Assembly (NCBI GenBank): GCA_963809375.1
Contig: CAWEJO010000010.1
Coordinates: forward strand, 325,850-389,849
Reading direction: 5' to 3'
Source: an uncultured Chloroflexia bacterium
Lineage (GTDB): Bacteria; Chloroflexota; Limnocylindria; Limnocylindrales; CSP1-4
Length of the DNA stretch: 64,000 nt
Shown here: piece after piece, positions 35,179-45,515 of the stretch
How positions within the stretch are numbered: the stretch's first letter is position 1
How the letters are laid out: the number at the start of each line of letters is the position of its first letter
The notes under the pieces: model-generated
Database searches by the model: none
Told to the model about the DNA's origin: nothing
What the model saw: only the letters and a program-made list of their open reading frames with translations
Made by a program: the position numbers and the translations under genes

Positions 35179-38100
35179 TCAGGGCACGGCGAGGCTGAGC
35201 GACGAGGTGTTGCGACGGCCGCTCGCATCGCGTGCCGTGAGGACCACGGTCGCCGGTCCCGGCGCGCCGCTCGCCACCACGGCGGTGGCGCGCCACGCAC
35301 CGCCCGAGAGGCGCGTCACGGTCATCGCGACCGCGGACCGCCCGGCCTGGCGGAAGGTGGCCGTGGGGGCGCCCGCCAGCGCCTCTGCGGAGCGGAATGT
35401 CACGCTCAGCGTGGTGCCGGCCACCGGCCGTGCGGACGAGGCCGAGGCCGCGAACGCATCCGCGACGACGGCCCGGAGCAGCACGACCGTGCCGTAGCGG
35501 CCGACCACCGTCAGGGCGGCCGTGTAGCGACCGCGTGGCACGAAGCGCCCCGCCGCGTCGCGCCCGTCCCAGCGCCAGGCGACCGTCCCGGCCGGGCGGC
35601 CGCGGCTCCGCCACGCGGTCCGCACGACCGTGCCTGCCGCGTCCCGGACGACCAGCGTGGTCGACGCTGCGCGGGCCAGCCGGAACGACACCGTCGCGGT
35701 CGACGCGAGCGCGTCGCCGTCCTGCGGGAAGAAGAGCGCCGGGGACCAGCGGAGCCGCGCGGCCGTCCGATCGACGGCGACGGTGGTCGACCGGGACGTG
35801 CGGTTGCCGGCCGCATCGAGAAGCTCGACGCGGAGCGTGTAGCGCCCGTCGGCGACCGCCCCGCCCCGCGCGTTCCGGCCGTCCCAGGCGATGGCGCCAC
35901 TCGTGCCCGCCAGCTTCCAGGTCCTGACCGTGCTGGTGCCGTGGGTGACCCGCAGGCTGCCGGTCGACGGCTCGGACGCCTGCCAGGTGAGCGTGGCCCG
36001 CTCGAGGGCACCGTCTCCGTTCGGGCTGAAGGCCGGCACGTCGACCGAGCTGCTGACGGCCGGCGGCCGGGTGTCGACGGTCACGCCGAGGCTCGCCTCG
36101 ACCGCGTTCCCGGCATCGTCGCGGAACCGCAGGGTCAGCCTCCAGGCGCCGTCCGCGACGGGCGTGCCGTCCGACGCCTTGCCGTCCCAGGTCACGCTGG
36201 CCGCGGCGCCCGCACCCGTGATCGAGCGGGCCGCCGGCCCGCCGGCGGCTGGGGCAGCCTCGAGCGCCCAGTGCGTGGCGCCCGTCGCGGCGCCGCTGAC
36301 CGTGAGCGTGTCGAAGCGCCCGTCGCCGTTGGGTGAGATGCGCGAACCCGACACGGCGGCCGACGTCACGACCGGCGCGAGCGTGTCGACGATGACGCCC
36401 GCGGCCGCGACGAGGGCCGGCGCCGGCTGGGGCGACGGCCAGGTATAGGTCACGCCGCCGGCGACGCCCACGAGCTGGAACGCGTACGTGCCGTCCGGGA
36501 CGAGCGACGCCCGCCAGCTGGCCGTCCCAGTCGATGGCGTGCTCGCCGGCCGTGAGGTCGCCGCCGAGCGGCAGGCTGCCGAGCAGCGTTCCGTCGGGCG
36601 CCAGGATCCTGGCCTCGAGGCTGTCGAACGCGAGGCTGTTGTTCCCAGGTGACCGGCAGCGTGTCGCGCGAGGCGTCGCCGTTCGGCGAGAAGCTCCGGT
36701 TCGCCCTCGCGCCGGCGCCGGGCCCGATCGAGGCGGCCTCGGTGGCTCCTCCGAACGTGACGTTCCGGATCCCCGCGACCACCTGGGTGGCGTTCGGCGC
36801 GAGGGCGGCCGTCAGGTACGTCGAAGGTGCGCAGGCGGCCGCGACCCAGGCGTTGCGGAGCACCGTTCCGGTCGGGCTCCAGTCGACGAGCGGTCCGGTC
36901 ACCTCGTACCAGGTGCAGCCCGTCCGCGACCGTCGGTCCGGCGGTGATCGCGAACAGCGAGCCGGCGGCGGCGGTCGTCAGCACCGCAGCGACCGTCGAC
37001 GGCCGCGCCCGGACGTTCAGCAGGTCGGCCACGACGCGTCCGAAGCCAGTCCCGGCCGCGAGCGTCGGCGTCGCCGAGTACGTGCTCACGACATCGAAGG
37101 GACCGACGTTCGCCTTGCCATCCCTCGCCCGCACCCGGAACGCATACCCGTGGGCGTCGTCGCCCAGCCAGGTCGCGCTCGTGGCCGTCGTCCCGGCGAG
37201 CCAGGTCGACCAGGCCCCGCCGTCGACCGAGACCTGCACGTCGTACGAGGCGATCCCGGTGAAGTCGTCGATCGCGTTCCAGGCGACCCCGAACCCGGCA
37301 TCCTGCTCGGAGGGCGGGAGGACCGTGACGCCGGCCAAAGGCGGCGTCGTGTCGTTGATGAACTTGTCGATGAGCGCGCGGTCGAGCTCGGTGCGCGTCC
37401 CGTCGTACCCCAGGGCCCAGATTCCCACCCCCCGGATCCCGGCCCGGTTCACGAGGTCGTAGCGGGCCTTGAGCGTGGCGTGCGTCGTCGTAGTACACCT
37501 GGCGCCACGTCGTCACGCAGCCGTAGGTCGTCGTGCAGTTCTGCTTCCGGTAGGCGAACCAGGCGCTGTACTCGCGGGTGTCGAGGCGGCGTCCGTACTG
37601 CGCGGCGAGGGGCACGGCGCTCTCGTAGGTGACCGATGCGGATGGCCCGAACTTCGTGCCCGTCTGGGTGCGCGCGTTGCGGCTGCTGGACACGGTCGGC
37701 CAGGCGCGGCCGTAGTACGGGATGCCGAGGATGAGGCGGCTGGCGGGGACCCGCGCCCGATAGGCCGCGATCGTGTCCGCGAGGTCATACGCGGGCCCGG
37801 AGAGCGGGTCGATCGAGCCGGCATAGTTGGAGGACGCGATCCGGTAGTCGTATCCCATGATCAGGATCGCGTCGGCGGCCCCCGCGCCGACGGCGGCCTC
37901 CAGCGGGTAGTTGCCCGGCCGCCCGAGGGTGTCGAGGGTCAGGTGGTAGCCCGGCGCGATGCTGGAGAACTCCGCGCGGATGGCCTGGATGAGGGCGACG
38001 AAGTTGGCTTCCTGGCCGGCGACCAGTGGTTCGAAGTCGAGGTTGAGGCCGTCTGCGCCGCGATCGCGAACGGCGGCCACCGCCTGCCGTGCGAGGTTGG

Positions 38101-39244
38101 CCCGGGCCGCAGGACTCTTGAGCAATGTCGACTGGACGGTCTTCTGGCCCGTCGTCCAGGCGAAGACGCTGATCGTGAGGGTCACCCGGGTATGGGCGGC
38201 GTGAGCAGCCTGGATGACCTTGGTCATCGCCGAGCTCGTCCAGCCGGCCCAGCCCGTGGTGAGCTTGCCCGTGCTGTCGGTCCGCAGCAGGTTGCCGGCG
38301 CGGTCGGCGCCGACGGAGAAGTAGGCGACGTGCGAGAGCACCCGGTAGTCGAGGGTGGTCGTCGAGTTGCCGACCTCCCAGTACGGCAGGAACCCGTAGA
38401 CGTCGCGCCGCAGGCTCGTCGCGTTCGCTGTGACGTCGGGGCCCGTGGGCTGCGCGCTGCGGGCCGCGGCGGTCGCGTCCGTCGACGGGACGCCACCCGG
38501 CGCGTCGACCGGCCGGTCGGCGGGTGCGGCCGCGCCGGCCGGGTCCGTGCTTGGCGTGGTCGCAGGATCGGACGGTGCAGGCGACGCGGCCGGTGCCGGC
38601 GAGCCGGCGGGTGGCGCTGACGCGGCGGGCGGCGGCGGGGCGGCGCTCGTCGGCGGCGCCTCCGTCGGAGCGGCCGGCGCCGGCGCGGAGGGCAGCGGCT
38701 GCAGCGGCGACGTGTCGGGCATGGGCGGCGTCGTCGGGCGAGGAGCGGCAGCGCTCGCCGCCGCGTCCATCTCGGCGCCACTCAGGCGTCCCGCGGGCAG
38801 CGCCCGGGGCGCAGCGCCGCCGACGGACCAGTGGTCGCCCGCCCGTGGGACGAACGGGATCGTGACGCGTCCGCCCGGCACGAATGCGATCCGGTCCCTG
38901 GCATGCGCCTGGAGGTCGAGGTACATCTGGCTCGGTCCGCCCGGCGTGGCTTCGGCGGCCGGCAGCGTGGCAGGCGGCGCGGCCGGCGACACGGGCACCC
39001 CCGCGCCCGGCGTCGCGGGCACCGGCGCGACCGTTCCCGCCGTCGTGAATGCCGGCGCCGCGACCGGTGGGGCCGGCGCCGGGCGGGCCGCGGACGTGGT
39101 CGGCTCACGGGTCGCTGAAGGCACCGGACCCGCCGCGCTCGCACCTCCCGCGACGAGGTTCGCCGCGAGCGCCCCCGCCGCCAGGATCGCGGCGGCGAAC
39201 CCCGTGCGCTGGCGGCGCGGCAGGGCGGCGGGCGGATCGATCAT
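35179..39244 (-). CDS. Large secreted protein: GH18-like domain + SH3b-like domain + multiple FlgD-Ig-like modules; four frame breaks
   Basis: Signal peptide after ATG 39244. GH18-like segments GADGLNLDFEP and GVGIWALGYDG. Repeated FSPNGDG..WDG..DG.Y modules. Breaks at about 37480, 36915, 36644 and 36520. Confidence 0.8.
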
Positions 39245-39416
39245 CGTCACTGGGGAAGACCCTCGTCGGCGGCGGTGTGCTCTCTCTACCACGGGGCAGG
39301 CACAACCCCGCGCCAGGACGGCCTCTTCCGGAGGCCTGCTCACCCTAGACCACCCGGGCCCGAACGCGCAACCGCCAGAAGGTCCTCCCCGGCGATGCGC
39401 GGCGCCTTCCGCCCCG

Positions 39417-41726
39417 TCAGTGGATCGGGTAGGTCGCCTTCGAGATGTTGGTGCCGCCTCCGGCGTCGCGGGCGGAGATCCGAACGCCCAGGCTGCCGGT
39501 CCGGGCTCCCGCGAGCGTGACCGTCACCCGGTAGATGCCTGCCCGGACGTGCGTCATCGTGTACGTGACCGCATGCCGGCCGGGCTCGCTGAGCCGCAGC
39601 GTGGGCCGCGACGCGAGCGGCTCGGCGCTGATGACCGTGAACGTCACCCGCTGGTGACGGGCCGGCGTGGCGTCGGACGCGGTGACCCGGAACGCATCGA
39701 GGGTCACGCTCGAGCTGATCCGCGCCACCACGCTGCCGTCGGTGGCGCTCACGACGGACCGGTAGGTGCCGCGCGGCTCGTACGCGCCGTCGGCGTTCCT
39801 CCCGTCCCACCGGAACGTGTAGCTGCCGGCGGCGAGGGCCTCGCCGTCCTTGATTGTCAGGACCGCGCGGCCGGTGGCATCGACGACCTGCCAGCTGACG
39901 GTGGCCGGCCGGGACAGGGCGAACGGGAGCGTGACCGTGAGGCCGTACGTGTCCCGATCGGCCGGGAGGAAGACCGGCAGGCCGATCGCCACGGCCTTGA
40001 GGGCCGTGTAGACGCGCGTTGGCGCGCTCCCGGCCGGCCCGCGATTGCCGGCGGCGTCGGTCGGCGTCAGCTCGACCGCGTAGTCGCCGTCCGCCACGAC
40101 CTTCCCGGCGCCGGTCCTGCCATCCCACGTGAGGGTTCCGGGGCCGGCCTTCACCGCGAAGGCCGCATCCCGCACCGCGACGCCGGCACCGTCGCGGACG
40201 ACCATCCGGAGGCTGGCGGCCTCGCTGATGGTGTAGGCGATGCTGAGGGAGTCGGCCTGGCCGTCGGCATTGGGCGAGAACGTGGCGGGCGCGGCGGGCG
40301 CGCCGCCCGCGGCGTGGACGCTGGAGAGCTCCGGCGCCGTCGCATCGACCCGTGCCGTGCTCGCCGCGGACGCCGGGTTGTTGCCCCAGGCGTCGGCTGC
40401 GGTGAGCGCGACGTGGTACGTGCCATCGGGAACGACGTCGCCGCCGGAGCGGCCGTCCCAGCTCGTCAGGATCTCGGGGCCTGTCGCGTTCACGGACGCT
40501 ACCACCGCGCCTGCGGGGTCGGTCACGGTCATCTTCCAGCTCACCGGCTCGGTCGCCGCGGCGGAGACCGACGCGCGACTCCCGCTGATGATCGGCGAGA
40601 GGACCTTCGGCGTGATCGCGAACCGCAGGATCCGGGGCGGCGCGCTGTCGCGCGGTGCGAGGTCGGCCGCGAGCACCCAGCCCTGCGCCGCGCCGTCGAA
40701 CGTGTGGACCTCGAGGACGCGCTGCCCGTCGGCCGTGGCCGCCTCCGCGGAGACGCGAAGCCTGGTGCCCGCCGGCAGCGTCGCCGTCGGCAGGCCGGTC
40801 TCCGGGTCGCCCAGCAGGTCGCTGTCGGGCCACAGCGGCGCGCCGCCGGCATTCGTGGCCTCGGCCGCGCCTGGGATGACGAAGCCCGCGGGATTTCCGT
40901 CCGATGGCGCCGCGCCGGCGCCCGTGACGTCGTCCGACCGGAGGCCGGGAATGGCCACCATCGAGCGGTAGAAGCCGCTCGGCGGGCTGTCATGGTCGGG
41001 GTCGTAGAGCGCGGTGTAGCCCGGACTCCGCACGCTCGCGAAGGAGTGCACGGCGCCCCCCGCCGCGGGATGGTCGCGGAAGATCTGGTCGACGCTCTTG
41101 TGGGTGGTGAAGAGCTGGTCGACGTACCAGCCCGGGTCCATGTGGCCGTCGGCGATGACCGCCCGGGCGCCCGCCGCGATGAAGCCGGCCCCGTAGTTGT
41201 CGATCCGCTGGCGGGCCTGGGTGAGGGTCGGCGCCGCCTTGCCCGGCTCGGAGTTGCCCGACGCGTAGCAGAGGTGGCTGAGGATCACGACCGCGTTGGG
41301 CGCGAGCTTGATCTCCCGACCGACGTAGTACTCGCCGTAATACTTGGTGTTCGAATCGCCCGCCCCGGCGGTGGCGTTCGCCCCGAAGCCGTCCTGCGAC
41401 TGCGGGTAGGCGGTCGACCGGTACGGGCTCGGGAAGCCGTTGCCGTGGCCCATGTAGACGAGGATGTTGGCGCCTCGCGCGGCCGCCTTGATGGCGGACC
41501 AGGTCGCATTCGGGCTGTAGACCCGGATGACGTTGCTCGAGTACTTCCGCGCGACCGCGTAGACCTCGTTCATCCACGCCCGGTAGGTCGCCGTGGTGCC
41601 GTGGGTGGCTCCTACCACGAGGACGATCTTCGGGTTCGCCGGCACGGCGGCGGCGGCCGGCGCGGACACGCCGAAGGTCGCCAGGACGAGGAGCGCGGCG
41701 AGGAGGCCGGCAGCGGGGCGTCGCAC
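39417..41726 (-). CDS. Secreted protein: clan-CD-like (caspase/gingipain-type His-Cys) domain + FlgD-Ig-like modules
   Basis: GTG 41726 sits behind GGAGA (alternative GTG 41765). Signal peptide, ILVYMGHGNG and VILSHLCYASG, then repeated FSPNADG..WDGR..DG.Y modules. Confidence 0.7.
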   Translation of the reverse strand: MRRPAAGLLAALLVLATFGVSAPAAAAVPANPKIVLVVGATHGTTATYRAWMNEVYAVARKYSSNVIRVYSPNATWSAIKAAARGANILVYMGHGNGFPSPYRSTAYPQSQDGFGANATAGAGDSNTKYYGEYYVGREIKLAPNAVVILSHLCYASGNSEPGKAAPTLTQARQRIDNYGAGFIAAGARAVIADGHMDPGWYVDQLFTTHKSVDQIFRDHPAAGGAVHSFASVRSPGYTALYDPDHDSPPSGFYRSMVAIPGLRSDDVTGAGAAPSDGNPAGFVIPGAAEATNAGGAPLWPDSDLLGDPETGLPTATLPAGTRLRVSAEAATADGQRVLEVHTFDGAAQGWVLAADLAPRDSAPPRILRFAITPKVLSPIISGSRASVSAAATEPVSWKMTVTDPAGAVVASVNATGPEILTSWDGRSGGDVVPDGTYHVALTAADAWGNNPASAASTARVDATAPELSSVHAAGGAPAAPATFSPNADGQADSLSIAYTISEAASLRMVVRDGAGVAVRDAAFAVKAGPGTLTWDGRTGAGKVVADGDYAVELTPTDAAGNRGPAGSAPTRVYTALKAVAIGLPVFLPADRDTYGLTVTLPFALSRPATVSWQVVDATGRAVLTIKDGEALAAGSYTFRWDGRNADGAYEPRGTYRSVVSATDGSVVARISSSVTLDAFRVTASDATPARHQRVTFTVISAEPLASRPTLRLSEPGRHAVTYTMTHVRAGIYRVTVTLAGARTGSLGVRISARDAGGGTNISKATYPIH

Positions 41727-41890
41727 GATGCTTGATCTCCGCAGCGGATGCGAGTGGAGCCTCACCCTCGGTCCGATCGGCCGTGCGGCAAATAGAAAGG
41801 TCGTCCGGGGGTGGGCCGCCGATCCGCCCAGTCACTGGTGGCGTCCGGGTGGGTGGAGTGTAGTGAGGTGCGGTTTGGATGCCTAGCCCT

Positions 41891-41928
41891 GGTGCGCGCG
41901 CGCACCGCGAAATGCACGCCCCGGTGCG
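41891..41928 (-). promoter_or_regulatory. Mutually exclusive hairpins between the rmlC stop and the next gene
   Basis: A 16-nt perfect palindrome GGTGCGCGCGCGCACC (41891-41906) shares CGCACCG with a second stem, CGCACCG-N14-CGGTGCG (41901-41928). Confidence 0.3.
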
Positions 41929-41953
41929 GACGCAAACCGGCCCGGCGCCTGCG

Positions 41954-42541
41954 TCAGGCGCCGCGGATCCGTCCGACGAGCTCGGCGAGCGACGGATTGT
42001 CGCCGTCGCGGCCCGAGAGGATGGGCAGGCCGGCGGGTGATTGAGGCACCGCGGGCCAGGGGACGGCGGCCAGCGGGTCGTCCCACGCGAAGCCCAGCTC
42101 GTCGGTCCCGTCGTACTCGCCCGTGACGAGGTAGACCAGCCGGAGCGGCTCGAGAGCGAGGAAGCCGTGCGCGACTCCCGCCGGGATCTCGACGGTCGCA
42201 TCGGCGTCGACGGTGCGAACCTCGACGATCGGGCGGGGCGCGCGTTGCTCGAGCAGCGGCCGGATGTCGACGAGCGCGACGAAAGCCCGTCCCTCCTCCA
42301 CCACCCAGAAGTCGAGCTGACGTCGATGGAGGTGAAGGCCGCGCAGGACGCCAACGGCGGACGTGGAGAGGTTGGCCTGGACGAAGCGCGGGTCGGGCAT
42401 GCCGGCGCTCGACGCGTCCAGCCCGGGGAACCAGCTCGCCCGCCAGAGCTCCCGGAAGCTGCCCCGCACGTCCCCGTGTGGCGCGACGGCGCCCCAGCGG
42501 ACGCCCGGGATGCGCGACGGATCGCGGCGATCGTCGGTCAC
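41954..42541 (-). CDS. rmlC: dTDP-4-dehydrorhamnose 3,5-epimerase
   Basis: Motifs RGSFRE, GVLRGLHLH, IPAGVAHGF. GTG overlaps the rmlD stop. Confidence 0.9.
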   Translation of the reverse strand: MTDDRRDPSRIPGVRWGAVAPHGDVRGSFRELWRASWFPGLDASSAGMPDPRFVQANLSTSAVGVLRGLHLHRRQLDFWVVEEGRAFVALVDIRPLLEQRAPRPIVEVRTVDADATVEIPAGVAHGFLALEPLRLVYLVTGEYDGTDELGFAWDDPLAAVPWPAVPQSPAGLPILSGRDGDNPSLAELVGRIRGA

Positions 42542-43512
42542 GACGGGTTCCTCTCGTGGCGTTGCGTGGCGCTGCGGGCGCGGACCAGGCGCGGCACGTA
42601 GGCGGCGAACGCGCCCTCCCACGGGCGCAGGAATTCGCCCGATGGGAGCGGCGTTGGCGCGAGGACCGCCCAGGGGGGCGGCGAGGATGGCCGCACCCAG
42701 GACGCCAGCGGCACCTCGCGGACCTCGATCGGGATCCCGACGGCGGACAGGATCGCTCGCGCCCAGGCTGACCGCGAGACGTGGCCCGCATTCACCAGGT
42801 GATGGACGCCCGCGAAGCGACCCTCCCCGAGCAGCTCGGTGATCCCTTCGGCCAGGTCGACCGCATAGGTCGGCGACCCGACCTCGTCGCCGACCACCGA
42901 CAGTGGCTCGCCGGCCGCCCGCGCACGGTCCGCGGCGGCCAGGATCTTCGAGGGGAAGTCGTTCCCGGGCGGACCGTAGAGCCAGGCCGTGCGGACGATC
43001 GCGAGCTGCGGCCCGGCCAGGGCCGCGTCCGCGGAGCCCGTCGCCGGCGCGGCCAGGATCCCGCCGGCGCGCAGGAACGCCGCCTGGGCTGCGCTCTCGC
43101 CGGCAAGCTTGCTCGCGCCGTACGGGTTGCCGGGCGAGCTGCGATCGCTCGGGCGATAGCCGAGCCCGTCGGACCGGCGGCCGTCGAACACCTCGTTGGT
43201 GGAGACGAGCACGAGGTCGATCGACCGCTCCGCGCACGCCTGGGCGAGCTCGGCCGTCGCGAGCGCGTTGCGGCGCATCGCCCGCTCGGGCTCGCGGGCG
43301 CAGCCGTCCACGTCGGTCCAGGCGGCCGCGTGCACGACGACCTCCGGCGCCCCGCGCTCGAGGCAGCGCACGGCCGACCCGGGGTCGTCAAGGTCGTAGT
43401 CGGGACGGCTCCAGGCGAGCGGGCCGCGAGGCCCGACGAACGCGGCCTCGCCGAGGGCCGCGACGAGCGCCCGCCCGAGACGACCGCCCGCGCCGGTGAC
43501 GGCGACCCGCAC
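42538..43512 (-). CDS. rmlD: dTDP-4-dehydrorhamnose reductase
   Basis: Motifs VTGAGGRLG, HAAAWTDVD, YGASKLAGE. Confidence 0.9.
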   Translation of the reverse strand: MRVAVTGAGGRLGRALVAALGEAAFVGPRGPLAWSRPDYDLDDPGSAVRCLERGAPEVVVHAAAWTDVDGCAREPERAMRRNALATAELAQACAERSIDLVLVSTNEVFDGRRSDGLGYRPSDRSSPGNPYGASKLAGESAAQAAFLRAGGILAAPATGSADAALAGPQLAIVRTAWLYGPPGNDFPSKILAAADRARAAGEPLSVVGDEVGSPTYAVDLAEGITELLGEGRFAGVHHLVNAGHVSRSAWARAILSAVGIPIEVREVPLASWVRPSSPPPWAVLAPTPLPSGEFLRPWEGAFAAYVPRLVRARSATQRHERNPS

Positions 43513-43517
43513 CTCGC

Positions 43518-44657
43518 TCAGGCCCCGCCGGGCCGAGTCGCGCCCACACCCGGCTGATCCTCGGCGCCCGGTGCCTGGGCCGGCACGGACCCCGCCAGGC
43601 GGTCCGCGTACTGGCGCCGGTACCAGGCGTCCCAGTCGGCGCCCTTCACGGCGCGCCACCAGGCCTCGTTGGTGCGATACCAGTCGACCGTGCGCGCGAT
43701 GCCGTTCTCGAATGCGACCCGGTTCATCCAGCCGAGCGCCGCGAGCCGCTCGCCGGCCATCGCGTACCGGCGGTCGTGGCCGGGCCGGTCCGCGACGCTC
43801 CGCACGAGCGACCACGGCTTGTCGAGCCGCTCGAGGAGGAGCGTCACGATCTCCCGGTTGGTGACGTGGTGGCTGCCGGGGATGTTGTACGTCTCTCCTG
43901 CGCTACCGTTACGGAGCACGAAATCGATCGCACCGGCATGATCGGAGACGTAGATCCAGTCGCGAACCTGGAGGCCGTCACCGTACAGCGGCAGGGGCAG
44001 GTCGACGAGCGCGTTCGTCACGAAGAGGGGGATCAGCTTCTCTGGGTGATGATAGGGCCCGTACGTGTTGGAGCCGCGCGTCACGACGACGTCGACGCCG
44101 TACGTCACGAAGTAGCTCCGTGCCAGCAGCTCGCCGGCCGCCTTGGCGGCCGCATATGGCGAGCGTGGAGCGAGCGGGTCGCCCTCGCGCGAGAAGCCCT
44201 CGTCGACCGAGCCGTAGACCTCGTCGGTCGAGACCTGCAGGTAGCGCGGCGCGCTCGACCGGCCCCCGGCCACGCCGCGTGCCGATTCGCGCCGGACCGC
44301 CTCGAGGAGCACGTGGACGCCGTCCACGCCTGTCCGGAGGAACGCGCTCGGATCGTGGATCGATCGGTCGACGTGGGACTCGGCCGCGAAGTTGACGACG
44401 GCGTCCGCCTCGGCGACCAGCGCATCGACGGCCGCCGGGTCGGCGATGTCACCCCGCACGAACGTCAGCCTGGCAGCCTGCTCCGGGTCCTCGCGGGCGG
44501 GCGCGAGGTTCGCCTCGTTGCCGGCGTAGGTGAGCTTGTCGAGCACGGTGATCCGCGTGCCGTCGCGACGCGCGAGCACGTCGCGCACGTAGCAGCTGCC
44601 GATGAACCCGGCGCCGCCCGTGACGAGGATCCGCGACCCGGGTCCCGGCGCCGTCAC
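43518..44657 (-). CDS. rmlB: dTDP-glucose 4,6-dehydratase
   Basis: Motifs ILVTGGAGFIGS, STDEVYG, YAAAKAA. GTG overlaps the rmlA stop. Confidence 0.93.
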   Translation of the reverse strand: MTAPGPGSRILVTGGAGFIGSCYVRDVLARRDGTRITVLDKLTYAGNEANLAPAREDPEQAARLTFVRGDIADPAAVDALVAEADAVVNFAAESHVDRSIHDPSAFLRTGVDGVHVLLEAVRRESARGVAGGRSSAPRYLQVSTDEVYGSVDEGFSREGDPLAPRSPYAAAKAAGELLARSYFVTYGVDVVVTRGSNTYGPYHHPEKLIPLFVTNALVDLPLPLYGDGLQVRDWIYVSDHAGAIDFVLRNGSAGETYNIPGSHHVTNREIVTLLLERLDKPWSLVRSVADRPGHDRRYAMAGERLAALGWMNRVAFENGIARTVDWYRTNEAWWRAVKGADWDAWYRRQYADRLAGSVPAQAPGAEDQPGVGATRPGGA

Positions 44658-45418
44658 GAGGCGGGCCGCTGGGGCGGGGCCGGCAGGCTGCCCGCCTCGT
44701 CCGCGTCCGACGCGATCTGGGCCGCCCGCAGGAGGGACGCCACCGTCCCGGCGTCCGCCCAGTGGCCCTCGTAGCGCGGGGCATAGAGGCCGCCGTTGGG
44801 AATGTAGTGGTTGAGCACGTCGGTGATCTCGAACTCGCCGCGCCCCGACGGCGCCAGCCGCTCGATGACGTCGAAGGCGCCGGGCCGCAGGAAGTAGATC
44901 CCGATCGGGATCAGGTCGCTCTTGGGATGCGCAGGCTTCTCCTCGAAGCCGACGACGAGGCCAGCGGCATCGAGCTCGGCCACGCCGAAGCGCTCCGGGT
45001 CGGGGACGCGGTAGAGGAGGGTGCCCGCCCCCCACGGCCCGGCGGCGAACGTCTGCGCCACGGCCGCGAGGGCCGGCCCGCGCAGGATGTTGTCGCCGAG
45101 GACGCAGCAGAACGCGTCGCCGCCGACGAACTCGCGGGTCAGCCCGATGGCGTGCGCGATCCCGAGAGCTCCGCGCTGGTAGCGGTACGTGAGCCGGAGC
45201 CCGAAGTGCGATCCGTCACCGAGCAGCTCGACGACGTCACCGACGCTCTTGCCGCCCACGATCACCATGACGTCGGTGATCCCCATCCCGGCGAGGGTCT
45301 CGAGCGGGTAGTAGATCATCGGCCGGTCGTAGATCGGCAGCAGGTGCTTGTTGGTGACGATCGTGAGCGGGAACAGCCGCGTCGCCGTCCCGCCGGCGAG
45401 GACGATGCCTTTCATCAC
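44654..45418 (-). CDS. rmlA: Glucose-1-phosphate thymidylyltransferase (short form)
   Basis: Motifs GIVLAGGTATRLFPLT and NKHLLPIYDRPMIYYPL. Confidence 0.9.
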   Translation of the reverse strand: MMKGIVLAGGTATRLFPLTIVTNKHLLPIYDRPMIYYPLETLAGMGITDVMVIVGGKSVGDVVELLGDGSHFGLRLTYRYQRGALGIAHAIGLTREFVGGDAFCCVLGDNILRGPALAAVAQTFAAGPWGAGTLLYRVPDPERFGVAELDAAGLVVGFEEKPAHPKSDLIPIGIYFLRPGAFDVIERLAPSGRGEFEITDVLNHYIPNGGLYAPRYEGHWADAGTVASLLRAAQIASDADEAGSLPAPPQRPAS

Positions 45419-45515
45419 GGCCGCAGCGTAGCAGCCCGGGCAGCCGGCCGGCGGGAAGTCCGACCGGACAGCCGGGGACGAGGGTTCTCGCGGAGCCGCA
45501 CGACCCGGCGCCGCC

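Noticed and set aside
35179-41726. FlgD-Ig-like modules as evidence for flagellar genes.
   Set aside because: The modules occur as repeated passenger domains in secreted hydrolase-type proteins. No flagellar structural or export genes are present.
41766-41953. Possible c-di-AMP (ydaO-type) or other riboswitch upstream of a cell-wall-enzyme-like gene.
   Set aside because: I could not find the conserved ydaO blocks, or those of any riboswitch class I know, on the transcribed strand. I retained the region only as an alternative-hairpin observation.
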